From a virus: a stretch of DNA of 64,000 nucleotides. Both the position numbers and the translations under genes were made by a program. The first letter of the stretch is position 1; the number at the start of each line of letters is the position of its first letter. Positions 54,547 to 63,220 of this stretch are shown piece after piece. The stretch is from positions 1 through 64,000 of the IMG/VR virus record IMGVR_UViG_3300036985_006248. One strand, given 5' to 3'. The notes under the pieces were generated by a model. That model was not told the DNA's origin. It saw nothing but the letters and a program-made list of their open reading frames with translations, and searched no databases.

Positions 54547-57083
54547 TATAAAATATCGGCTGCTAATGTAGCGACAGAACTTCTTTCGCCGCGTTTTAAT
54601 GCCACATGCCCCACCAATTCATAAGGTTTCATTTTTTCTATCACGTATGTCAGCCCGTTGGTAGTTGCATCAACATATTGATTATCGATCTGATAAATAT
54701 CCCCCGTTAGTACAATCTTCGTTCCTTCACCAACGCGAGTGATTATAGTCTTTAATTCATGAGAGGTTAAATTTTGTGATTCGTCAATGATAATATATGC
54801 GTTTGAAATTGAACGACCGCGAATATAGGTTAATGCTTCCATTTCGATTGTGCCAGCTTCCATCATCATTCTCATGTGCTCTTTATTACTTCCTAACAGG
54901 AATTCCAAGTTATCTTGCACGGGAGCTAACCACGGAGTCATCTTTTCTTCTAGGGTATTGTGAGTTACGATAAAATCATTGGTTACGTAAAGATGTTCTT
55001 TATTTTCCACAAGAATACATTGTGCTTCTTTTTTTCCAACAAGCTCAATGCTTTTGATACCAACTCCTTGAATATACTTTGTAGAATGTCGTGAAGCTTT
55101 TCTTGAAATGTAGAAAGGATTAATATTTTGTGGTAATGAGACAGTAAACTCATATGATATTCTACGAGAATTTATCTCTCTTCCATCGATATATGACTTC
55201 TTTCCAACTCTATTTCTTTCTTTAATGACAGCTCTTCCACCGAGCGAACGAACCAACTCTTGCATATCTTTAGCGAGTTGCAAAGAGGTTGTAGTAAAAG
55301 ATGATTCTCCGTTTGTTTTTACGGTACCATCTGTATCCATCAATCCTTTTAATAAATTAATTCGGTCTTGCACGCACGAAAACTTATAGATCTCTGGGAT
55401 AAATTTTTCCCACGCTTTTTTATTAGATAAATGTAAGTTATCAAGTATATTTTTTATAGGATTTTGCCAACGGTTTGAACGTTCGGTAAACTCATATTTG
55501 ATTCCATCAATTATTGTGTTGTTATCGCAGCGAGATTGCAGGGTACTTCTGTTAATATTTAATACTTCTAAAGATTTTCCAATACTAGGAAAAGTTGTTT
55601 TTTCTAATGTTTTAACATTAGTTATAGTAACTTGTCTAGCGGGCTTATTATTGTAGAGATCAGTTCTAATGTTGTAAGTAATTGTCTTTCCATCGTTTGT
55701 TAATCTACAGCCTAATGATTTAATTTCATTTTCTACTCTTTTTATCAGTTCATGGTCGGTATTACAAACACTTATATTATTTTTAATACACCCGTCACCC
55801 AATAATACTCCAAGAGTGTATGCAGGAAGAGGCAATTCTTTATCGGTATACTGTACTGGCGAAACTCTAGGTAAAAAGTGATTTAATTTGCCGTTGGTGG
55901 TTTTAAAAGTATCGATAATCTGTTTAGTTGTTCTAACTTGACCATGCTTATTACGCTTTTTTTCTTCAAATGTCCTAGTTAACCACAAGTGGTCTTCACA
56001 ACATTCCGTAGAAGAATCATCGGTAGTTGTAACTTTATAAATTAGTTTCTTCCCCTTCGGAAACACACCTAAAACTCTAGTTGGACTGCCGTCTCGCCCA
56101 ATGACATTATCTCCAACTTTGATAGAGCCCATTTCAACCCAACCAGTAGGAGTAGCCAATTTTGCATCCAGTGGTTGTGGTCCCGGAAGGAAACCGATGT
56201 CTTTTCCCATTGGCTGCACTGGACGGGAGACAATAAGTTTTGTATATATCTTATCTTCAAGGATTTGTTGTAGCCCAGCCGCCAGAGCAATCAAAGTCTT
56301 GCCGCTACCAGCCTTGCCGATAAGAGAAACAATCTTCACTTCTGGATCCATTAGTGAATCAAGAGCAAATTGTTGCTCTTTGTTCTTAGCGTGAACTCCA
56401 AATATGCCACCCTTGAACTCCTTTACTTTAACTAATGATTGGCTGTAGGACTTGAATCTAGCTAAGGCAGACTTTTTCTCATTGGTGTTAGAAACCAACA
56501 TAACATATTCGTTAGCAAAAAGATTAATCTCTTTTTCGAGCAAATAAATCTTATCATTTTTGTGGAATCGATCAATGACAGCATCATCGACTACATGTTG
56601 TTTATAACCAATAAAGACTTCTTCGGCTCGTTCTACTACTTGGTTTGGAACATAGTCTTCAGTTAGGATGCCCAGTGAGTCGCATTTAACTCTCATGTTA
56701 ATATCTTGGGATACTAACACGACGTTCTTATTATCCCCGAGTTTACGTATGAGCGTTAAAGTTGAGGCTATGATTTGATTATCCGGGACGCTCTTTTCAA
56801 AACTGTCTGGTAGTAAAGATAAATCGCAGGGAAGTACCGAGACGCTACCCTTGCCCTTACCAAGCTTAATCTCGTCTTGTAGACTGCCTTTTTCTCGTAA
56901 TCCATCAAGAGTACGAATAAATTGTCTTGCATTAACACCAACACCGTCTTGACGCTTTTTGTGCTTATCAACTTCTTCCAACACCTTAAGAGGAATCCCA
57001 ACATCGTTGTTCTTATAGGCAAAGATAGCATCACAATCGCTTAAATAAACGTTTGTGTCCAAGACATAGTATTTTTTAGACAT
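54546..57083 (-). CDS. phoH: PIN-PhoH family ATPase containing an intein
   Basis: YVLDTNV PIN domain; GKAGSGKT Walker A; GFLPG|intein|TLEEKM; YIRGRS, IIDESQN, GD..QID. Confidence 0.93.
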   Translation of the reverse strand: MSKKYYVLDTNVYLSDCDAIFAYKNNDVGIPLKVLEEVDKHKKRQDGVGVNARQFIRTLDGLREKGSLQDEIKLGKGKGSVSVLPCDLSLLPDSFEKSVPDNQIIASTLTLIRKLGDNKNVVLVSQDINMRVKCDSLGILTEDYVPNQVVERAEEVFIGYKQHVVDDAVIDRFHKNDKIYLLEKEINLFANEYVMLVSNTNEKKSALARFKSYSQSLVKVKEFKGGIFGVHAKNKEQQFALDSLMDPEVKIVSLIGKAGSGKTLIALAAGLQQILEDKIYTKLIVSRPVQPMGKDIGFLPGPQPLDAKLATPTGWVEMGSIKVGDNVIGRDGSPTRVLGVFPKGKKLIYKVTTTDDSSTECCEDHLWLTRTFEEKKRNKHGQVRTTKQIIDTFKTTNGKLNHFLPRVSPVQYTDKELPLPAYTLGVLLGDGCIKNNISVCNTDHELIKRVENEIKSLGCRLTNDGKTITYNIRTDLYNNKPARQVTITNVKTLEKTTFPSIGKSLEVLNINRSTLQSRCDNNTIIDGIKYEFTERSNRWQNPIKNILDNLHLSNKKAWEKFIPEIYKFSCVQDRINLLKGLMDTDGTVKTNGESSFTTTSLQLAKDMQELVRSLGGRAVIKERNRVGKKSYIDGREINSRRISYEFTVSLPQNINPFYISRKASRHSTKYIQGVGIKSIELVGKKEAQCILVENKEHLYVTNDFIVTHNTLEEKMTPWLAPVQDNLEFLLGSNKEHMRMMMEAGTIEMEALTYIRGRSISNAYIIIDESQNLTSHELKTIITRVGEGTKIVLTGDIYQIDNQYVDATTNGLTYVIEKMKPYELVGHVALKRGERSSVATLAADIL
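54957..56180 (-). mobile_element. Class 3 intein with LAGLIDADG endonuclease (408 aa)
   Basis: Starts PQPLDAK..TPTGW; block B DHLW; LGVLLGDG and LKGLMDTDG; AQCI...VTHN|T. Confidence 0.9.
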
Positions 57084-57115
57084 TATTTGTTCCTTCGTAG
57101 AGAGAGGCTTACGAT

Positions 57116-57123
57116 ATAAATAG
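57116..57123 (-). promoter_or_regulatory. Putative phage promoter motif CTAWTTAT
   Basis: CTATTTAT upstream of phoH. Confidence 0.5.
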
Positions 57124-57127
57124 CATT

Positions 57128-57694
57128 CTACAGTATATTCTTAAGATTTTTAATGTGCTTTGTTATAAAATCATTCATCGCAATGCTTCCAGCCACGGCG
57201 GCGTTCAAACTTCTTACCGAACCATATTGGTTGATGTACATATATCTGTCACAAAGAGACAGAGTTTCAGGAGTAATTCCAACTCCTTCTTCACCGATAA
57301 TAATAAGAGGATTTTCAGGCCAAACGAAATCATAAATCGATTCTGCTTGTGGTACTGAATTTTCTAATGCGACAAAGGTATAACGTTCCTTTAGCTTTAA
57401 AAGCTCCTCACGGGTCTTTACGTTAATGATGTCGGTATAGTGGTGGGTTCCAACGGTTCCACGACGGTCGAATTGTTTACGACCCAAATAGAACATTTCG
57501 CGGCCATTCATGGCATTACATGAACGAAGAACACTAGAAAGATTAAAATCTCCAACAAAGTTCTCCATCATTACAGCAAACGGAAAACTATTATTTTGGA
57601 GATCTTTCTTGATTAATTCTGTAGTCCACTTAGTAAAACGGTCTTGCTTATACTTATCGAGAATATTTCTATTATCAACGGGGCTAGCGTCCAT
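57128..57694 (-). CDS. SpoU/TrmH-family (SPOUT) RNA 2'-O-methyltransferase
   Basis: NLSSVLRS, IIGEEGVG, YINQYGSVRSLNAAVAGSIAM; GGAGG RBS before 57694. Confidence 0.9.
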   Translation of the reverse strand: MDASPVDNRNILDKYKQDRFTKWTTELIKKDLQNNSFPFAVMMENFVGDFNLSSVLRSCNAMNGREMFYLGRKQFDRRGTVGTHHYTDIINVKTREELLKLKERYTFVALENSVPQAESIYDFVWPENPLIIIGEEGVGITPETLSLCDRYMYINQYGSVRSLNAAVAGSIAMNDFITKHIKNLKNIL

Positions 57695-57893
57695 CGTTTT
57701 CCTCCAAGGAATCTGCATAATTTATCAGTGCATCGTGAACAAATTTATTAAACTTCTCTTGACTCCAACAGTCCCATCCCATTGCATGTACTAGACTTTC
57801 TTTAAACTCATCGCTAATTTCAAATACTATTGTTGCCGACCCATCATCATTGTCATTGATTTCTGACACTTTGATAGTACCAATTGATTTCAT
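57684..57893 (-). CDS. Hypothetical protein
   Basis: MKSIGTIKV...DNDDGSATIVF; AGGAG RBS; start trimmed relative to ORF track. Confidence 0.65.
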   Translation of the reverse strand: MKSIGTIKVSEINDNDDGSATIVFEISDEFKESLVHAMGWDCWSQEKFNKFVHDALINYADSLEENDGR

Positions 57894-58084
57894 TTTGTTT
57901 CTCCTGTGGAGATTTCTACTGGTACGGTGGGTTCTAAATGCGCCAAGCGACCAATACGAATACATTGATTATAAGCAGCTTTATTGGCAAAGACAGTCGC
58001 ATCAACTATATTCAGTGTCCAACTGCTCTTGTGACCATTCAAGCGGAAATACAAACCATCTAGTCTACGCGCAACAAAGTTCAT
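57890..58084 (-). CDS. Hypothetical protein
   Basis: 64 aa; ATGA overlap with the next gene. Confidence 0.55.
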   Translation of the reverse strand: MNFVARRLDGLYFRLNGHKSSWTLNIVDATVFANKAAYNQCIRIGRLAHLEPTVPVEISTGETK

Positions 58085-58106
58085 TTGTTCTCTTTCTGTA
58101 ATTTGT

Positions 58107-58670
58107 TCAAGTCCACATATACTTTCTAACTTTAATCAATCTCAAGAGCATTTTTTCGTGCTTGATTTTAATTGCCGCGCTTCTCTTTTTATACTCTTCA
58201 TATTTCACAGGATCTTTTGTGGTAGTATTCATAGTATACAACTTCTGGTTCTTTGGAGAGGTTTTCGTTTCACTAACCTCATCCATTGTATAAGACCATT
58301 CGGACTCTTCAAAAAGAATATTAATAGCCGCTTCTTCTTGTTTTTTTCCTTTAGTCCACCATTCATAAATGGAGAGGATTTCATCACGAACCTTGCGAAT
58401 TTTGTAATTACAGTCCCAATTAACGTGACCCGGATATTCTGTCTCAACGAAGGTGGTCAAGATCTTAAAACAGGCAAGCTCCATCTGATAATCAGAATCA
58501 ATCCACCCCCATTTATAACAATCTTGACCGGAGATATCAATAATATGGTAGCGATTAAATGTATGTGCTCTGAGCCAATACATGGGCATTAAACGTTTTC
58601 TAAAAACAGTAGAAAACAAATTATCAACCAATTCTTCAAACCTTCTGTAAGAATATTTAATAGATTCCAT
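58107..58670 (-). CDS. Hypothetical protein
   Basis: 187-aa ORF ending RLIKVRKYMWT. Confidence 0.7.
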   Translation of the reverse strand: MESIKYSYRRFEELVDNLFSTVFRKRLMPMYWLRAHTFNRYHIIDISGQDCYKWGWIDSDYQMELACFKILTTFVETEYPGHVNWDCNYKIRKVRDEILSIYEWWTKGKKQEEAAINILFEESEWSYTMDEVSETKTSPKNQKLYTMNTTTKDPVKYEEYKKRSAAIKIKHEKMLLRLIKVRKYMWT

Positions 58671-58694
58671 AATTTATTTTCCTTGAATTGAAAA

Positions 58695-58928
58695 CTAGTC
58701 TATAATATTAAAAAATGGTTTTATACATTCAAAGATTTCTGAATCAGATTCGGGGAGCCCGGTCCATCCAGACGCCCATTCACGTTCACTGTACATTTCC
58801 CATAAACGCATGCATTGATAGCTGTCGGCATAAAAGCCGTTATCAATTAATATATTTTGAATTCGGTTTGTGTCCTTATCAAAATCTCTATGGGATTGTT
58901 TAATTTTAATTGTTTTTAGGTGGCTCAT
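58695..58928 (-). CDS. Hypothetical protein
   Basis: 77-aa ORF; LWE.YS....SGW..LP. Confidence 0.65.
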   Translation of the reverse strand: MSHLKTIKIKQSHRDFDKDTNRIQNILIDNGFYADSYQCMRLWEMYSEREWASGWTGLPESDSEIFECIKPFFNIID

Positions 58929-59009
58929 TGATCTACCTTTACAAGAATAGTATACAAGATCACACCTACATAGGCAAGTAGTTTAAAATATTTAAAAAAA
59001 TATTACATA

Positions 59010-59198
59010 TTATCGCTTTAGGCACTTAACAGCAACAAGATTTGTGTCCGAGTCTACACCGAGTATCTGGCATACTAATTCCATTTCTTGTGATCCACCG
59101 GCAAGATACTTTTGCCATTCATTGTATCCTATGTACCCGGCTAAAACGGCTACGTTTAACGCAAAACCAAGCTTTAATAATAGAATATCTTTTTTCAT
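59010..59198 (-). CDS. Small membrane protein
   Basis: MKKDILLLKLGFALNVAVLAGYIG hydrophobic N-terminus; AAGGA RBS; start trimmed relative to ORF track. Confidence 0.55.
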   Translation of the reverse strand: MKKDILLLKLGFALNVAVLAGYIGYNEWQKYLAGGSQEMELVCQILGVDSDTNLVAVKCLKR

Positions 59199-59345
59199 AT
59201 AAAATCCTTTAAATAAATTATGGTCCATCGAAAAGGTGAAGTTGTCTATCGCCAGCGGCAGTGAGCGATAAATTAAGTGGCCTACTAATCATCACACAAC
59301 CTCATAAAAAGTGCAAACCCAAATCTGTTCGCTCATCGACTGTTA

Positions 59346-59416
59346 TGGACCGACAGGGAATCGAACCCTGAATCACGCCTTGCAAAGGCGTTGTTATACC
59401 GTTTAACTATCAGCCC
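59346..59416 (-). tRNA. trnA: tRNA-Ala(UGC)
   Basis: Cloverleaf GGGCUGA/UCGGUCC-A with G3:U70; anticodon arm ACGCC-UUUGCAA-GGCGU; GGUUCGAUUCC T arm; CCA not encoded. Confidence 0.93.
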
Positions 59417-59485
59417 GAAACGACATCTATTTGTTTGTTTTTACTTACAAACTCCCCATGCCGTTACCTGTGGGATTATATTTCT

Positions 59486-60109
59486 TTATTCAATTATATC
59501 GTCTACTAAACCATATTTTAAGCATTGCTTTGCATCAAAATAAATATCTTTTTTAAGAACTTCTTTTAAGATATTAGGTGGAATCTTTGTCTTTTCTAAA
59601 TAAATATTCTGAATCACTTTCATTAGTGACTTATTATTTTCCATGTCATCTACAAGTTCTTCGAATTTACCAAAAAGTCCAGATGACAATTGATGAATCA
59701 TAATATATGAATGCTTATTAATTGAGCGTCGGTGAGCCATTACACTTATTAGTGTTGCCGCTGATGCTGCGGCACCTTCTACTATTGAATGAACCGGAGC
59801 CTTGCTTCTGCGAACGTAATCTACCGCAGCCAGCCCATCAAAAAGACTGCCACCGGGACTATTAATATGTAACTTAATATCTGGTACTGGAATGTCTAGC
59901 ATATTAGCTGCATGCATTAAATCAGCACCAATTAACTTAATTCCTCTATTCAACTCTAAAACAGAATTTTTATTTACTTCTGAATAAAAGTAAATGTGAT
60001 TCTCGTCTGATTGAACCTCAGAAATATCTTCGTCTTTTCCAAGAAACTTTGGCTTAATATCTTCTTTTTCTTTTTCGACTTTTTCACTTAGACGTTTGCC
60101 AAACAACAT
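59486..60109 (-). CDS. ClpP-like serine protease
   Basis: LHINSPGGS, EGAAASAA, IMIHQ, KYGLVD. Confidence 0.88.
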   Translation of the reverse strand: MLFGKRLSEKVEKEKEDIKPKFLGKDEDISEVQSDENHIYFYSEVNKNSVLELNRGIKLIGADLMHAANMLDIPVPDIKLHINSPGGSLFDGLAAVDYVRRSKAPVHSIVEGAAASAATLISVMAHRRSINKHSYIMIHQLSSGLFGKFEELVDDMENNKSLMKVIQNIYLEKTKIPPNILKEVLKKDIYFDAKQCLKYGLVDDIIE

Positions 60110-60112
60110 TTA

Positions 60113-60340
60113 TTACCTCTTTGTTTTAGAAAGTTTTTCTTCAATTTCTTTTTCAGCGGCGACTAACGAAGGTTCGGTACGACTCTTTACAGCAAAAAGC
60201 TCTTTTCCATCTTTCGGTTCATATCTAGAAATCTTAAATTGTAAGATTGCTCCTCTAGTAGATTCTTGCAAAGTGCTTTTCAATTGAGCTGCTTCTTGAT
60301 ATGTAGAAAACCACCTTTCAACTTTCCATGATTGGCTCAT
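60113..60340 (-). CDS. Hypothetical protein
   Basis: 75-aa ORF with AAGGA RBS. Confidence 0.6.
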   Translation of the reverse strand: MSQSWKVERWFSTYQEAAQLKSTLQESTRGAILQFKISRYEPKDGKELFAVKSRTEPSLVAAEKEIEEKLSKTKR

Positions 60341-60400
60341 TTATTTTTTCCTTTATCTTAAAATAATAACATGTTTTTTTTTATACGTATAGCTATTTTT

Positions 60401-60631
60401 TTATTTAAATAAATCGTTATCTGATAATGCTGGCAATCTTGTTGCCTTTAACATTTCACTTAAGAGCAACTTAAGATTTAATTCAGAATTATCAAATGGA
60501 GTTACATGGTCAGAGTGGCATACTATTTTTCCTTTAGAATCATAATATACTTTTATAATAGAATAGCTATCAGATTGATAGCTATTTTTATACATTCTAT
60601 ATTCCCATTTTTTAAAATGTTTTTTTGTCAT
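60401..60631 (-). CDS. Hypothetical protein
   Basis: 76 aa; W.YR...Y.I..VYYD..G. Confidence 0.6.
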   Translation of the reverse strand: MTKKHFKKWEYRMYKNSYQSDSYSIIKVYYDSKGKIVCHSDHVTPFDNSELNLKLLLSEMLKATRLPALSDNDLFK

Positions 60632-60640
60632 AAGAAAAAA

Positions 60641-60944
60641 ATAGTAGGCGTGTTATCACACTAAAGAGATACCGGTAGTTTTCTGAATCAAAACACAAGG
60701 TTACTTTCCAATTACCCAACCAATATTGACTAATGATATATAGACGCTTACCCCCTTAAGCTAATTGCCATATTATAAAAATCAGGTTTCATATGGCAAC
60801 GTTTGGGCAACTTCGCATAACGTCCCGCTGTGAACGGATTTATATCTGCAACTTTGGATTTTGTCTCACTCATTAAAGCGTGATTATTAAGTCTAGATAA
60901 TCACGTCCTTTCGGATGGCTACTTCAAAGCCTACTACCTACTAT
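60641..60944 (-). ncRNA. Structured ncRNA with a 23S rRNA H43-H44 (uL11-binding/GAC)-like core
   Basis: Closing helix AUAGUAGGU/GCCUACUAU; GGCUUUGAAGUAGCCAUC, UUUAAUGAG and GUGUGAUAACAC in rRNA order; multiple internal hairpins. Confidence 0.75.
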
Positions 60945-60949
60945 CACAC

Positions 60950-61507
60950 TTACCAATTCTTAGGAATCTTTGTTTGCAAGCAGGTTATTGTATTGTTACC
61001 CCAATATAACCACGAAGGAAGTACAGTCTTTGGCTCTCCTTCTTCTATAGGCCACGAAGCTGCGGTATGTGGCATTCTTGTATGCAGACCACCTTGTAAC
61101 AAACCAACAATACGAGTATGCCCAGCAATTATACAATTCAAAGAGTTCGCCAAATTTTCTGAAAACCGTTGTCCTTGAGCATTTTGAAATGTACTGCACG
61201 TTCTAAACCATATCACAGATTGTGGCTGTAGTTTCGATAATACCACATCAAAGATATTTTTTGGTATCGGCTTAGAATTTAACCATACTGTACCGGGACT
61301 ACCGTGGCCCCAATATTGAATTGAAGAAAAAGAAGAAGTGTTTCTAGTTTGAAGCCAAAGAGCAGCTTCGGTCCAAGAACTAGCACCATAATATTCATCT
61401 ACGGCACCAAATAGTTTTTGTAAGCGGCTACCAATTGCCCAACTCAGCATAAGAAACCATTGCTGAATTCCAGCTCCCGGCTTACTATCATATATAACTA
61501 CTCTCAT
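60950..61507 (-). CDS. Hypothetical protein
   Basis: 185 aa; IQYWGHGSPG...WFRTC motif (DUF4347-like pattern). Confidence 0.6.
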   Translation of the reverse strand: MRVVIYDSKPGAGIQQWFLMLSWAIGSRLQKLFGAVDEYYGASSWTEAALWLQTRNTSSFSSIQYWGHGSPGTVWLNSKPIPKNIFDVVLSKLQPQSVIWFRTCSTFQNAQGQRFSENLANSLNCIIAGHTRIVGLLQGGLHTRMPHTAASWPIEEGEPKTVLPSWLYWGNNTITCLQTKIPKNW

Positions 61508-61989
61508 AATGTGTTCTCCTTTTTTTGTTTAGAAACAATGATGCAGTAAAATTCTTTGTTTCTATTCGCCCAACGTTCAACTAAATCAGAAACAGTAACT
61601 AATTGTATACCGCTTTCTAGTTTATTATATTTTGCTCCGTCAGAATCAAAAACAATATACTTTTTGCCTAAAGTACCAACTAGTACACACCAGTGATTAT
61701 CGTTATCAACAGAAATTATGACGGGATTACTATTTTCTAATTCTTCATTTATTTTTTTCAATGCACAAGTTTTATAAAAAAACTTAAAATCATCAGCATT
61801 GAAATTATTGTTCTTTAAGGCTCTAATAATACCTTTTTCAGAAGTACCATTTTTTCTTGTTGTATTAGAATACCTAACAACATCTTTTTTTGTTAAATGA
61901 ATATCAAAACACTTAGCCGCATTTATTATAGCGTAAATACCACAAGAAAAGGAATCGTTCTGAAGTTTCATAAAGGAATTTATAATCAA
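61504..61989 (-). CDS. C39-like cysteine peptidase
   Basis: Q.....CG..A, GT....I, PVII, HWCVLVG, VFDS. Confidence 0.8.
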   Translation of the reverse strand: MIINSFMKLQNDSFSCGIYAIINAAKCFDIHLTKKDVVRYSNTTRKNGTSEKGIIRALKNNNFNADDFKFFYKTCALKKINEELENSNPVIISVDNDNHWCVLVGTLGKKYIVFDSDGAKYNKLESGIQLVTVSDLVERWANRNKEFYCIIVSKQKKENTL

Positions 61990-62558
61990 CTTAAAACTTT
62001 TAAAGCTCTTTCGCTGTATACTACACGTTGGGAGTGATGTAACTTAGCCTTGCCATTAACTTTTTCAGTTATCTTATCTAAATCCCATCTATCTGCCAAT
62101 TCTAACAAGCCACGTTCTTTAAAATACTCACAAGCAATTTTTGTGCTAATGACTGGATCACAAGCTAATTCTGGGTTTGTTTCTAAATTGATACCAAGCT
62201 TCTTAGACATATTAACATAATTTGCTCTGCCCGTCAGTTGTAATATACCGCGACCAATAAATTTAGGACCGTCACCGGGTTTCTTATTTCCTAATGCTAG
62301 TCTTCCTTCATATAAAGTCCCAGTGGGCTCCAATGGATCACTAGGAATCTTTTTATTATACTTCGAAGGTAATTCTTTATCATATTTTAGTTCTCCACTC
62401 TCAACAGCTATTTGTCCAAGAAACGCAGCCATTCGATTAATGGTATCCATAGAATATGTTGGTAATACTTCGTTAAAAGCTTTTGTATATAAAATGCACT
62501 TGTCGCTTCGGATGTTAGGAAAAATAGTCTTTAATTGTACTTCAGTTATCTTGATCAT
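61986..62558 (-). CDS. Glycoside hydrolase family 19 endolysin
   Basis: R.AAFLGQIAVESG, GN...GDG.KF.GRG.LQLTGRANY, ITEKVNG. Confidence 0.92.
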   Translation of the reverse strand: MIKITEVQLKTIFPNIRSDKCILYTKAFNEVLPTYSMDTINRMAAFLGQIAVESGELKYDKELPSKYNKKIPSDPLEPTGTLYEGRLALGNKKPGDGPKFIGRGILQLTGRANYVNMSKKLGINLETNPELACDPVISTKIACEYFKERGLLELADRWDLDKITEKVNGKAKLHHSQRVVYSERALKVLS

Positions 62559-62910
62559 TATTCTCCTCCTTGATATAATATTTATTTATATTATACTTTT
62601 TAAGTAATCTAAAAAACTTAATAGAGTCTAAACCCAAAAGTCTCATTGCGTCACTTTTAGTTTTAGATGCTGAAACCGCATATTTCAGCAAAGCATCTTT
62701 AGTTATATAGTTGATACTTTTCCAGATAGGAAAACCATGAAGCGGAAAACCAATGGCTTTATAAGCTAGCTCTAACTTAAGAGCAATGATTTCTTCTAAA
62801 GATAAACTGCTAAGTAATATCTCAAAGTAATCATTGCTCTTATTTTGATTTCTTAGAACTTTACTAATACTATAATCTTCACAAGTATTTTTACTATTTC
62901 TTCTTTTCAT
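62542..62910 (-). CDS. Hypothetical protein with C-terminal HTH
   Basis: LSLEEIIALKLEL; KSDAMRLLGL...LLKKY Fis-like HTH. Confidence 0.6.
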   Translation of the reverse strand: MKRRNSKNTCEDYSISKVLRNQNKSNDYFEILLSSLSLEEIIALKLELAYKAIGFPLHGFPIWKSINYITKDALLKYAVSASKTKSDAMRLLGLDSIKFFRLLKKYNINKYYIKEENNDQDN

Positions 62911-62998
62911 ATTATTTACTTTTATATTAAGAAGTATTTAGTTTAAATATTATTCTTGAAAAGCAGTATAACAACAGTACCACACTGATTTTTTTTCG

Positions 62999-63220
62999 TT
63001 AAACTTTCTTTTTCTTGCGAGTGTCAACTGGTACAGCCACCGTAACAACTGGTTCTGTTGATGTTTCTTCAACAGCTACTACCTGTTCTACTGGCTTTGG
63101 CATTTCTTGTAATCCCAGCTTCATTTCTGTCTTCTCAGCTACAACTGGTTGCTCGACAGAAGCTGAATTTTCTTTTGCTAACTGCATTCTAAAAAGCTTT
63201 TTACGTTTTGCTGGATTCAT
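62999..63220 (-). CDS. Hypothetical protein
   Basis: 73 aa; AAGGA RBS. Confidence 0.55.
   Translation of the reverse strand: MNPAKRKKLFRMQLAKENSASVEQPVVAEKTEMKLGLQEMPKPVEQVVAVEETSTEPVVTVAVPVDTRKKKKV

Noticed and set aside
59325-59345. Hammerhead or theta (HDV-like) ribozyme after the tRNA
   Set aside because: UCGAUGAGCGAAC deviates from the CUGAUGA/GAAA core, and no nested double pseudoknot could be built.
59346-59416. tRNA-Cys(GCA) reading of the anticodon
   Set aside because: The 7-nt loop UUUGCAA centres on UGC, and G3:U70 with discriminator A indicates Ala.
60641-60944. True rRNA gene fragment, tmRNA, RNase P RNA or group I intron
   Set aside because: Similarity to 23S is confined to the H43-H44 blocks split by non-rRNA inserts; no tRNA-like ends or tag ORF, no RNase P P4 consensus, no group I core sequences and no interrupted gene.
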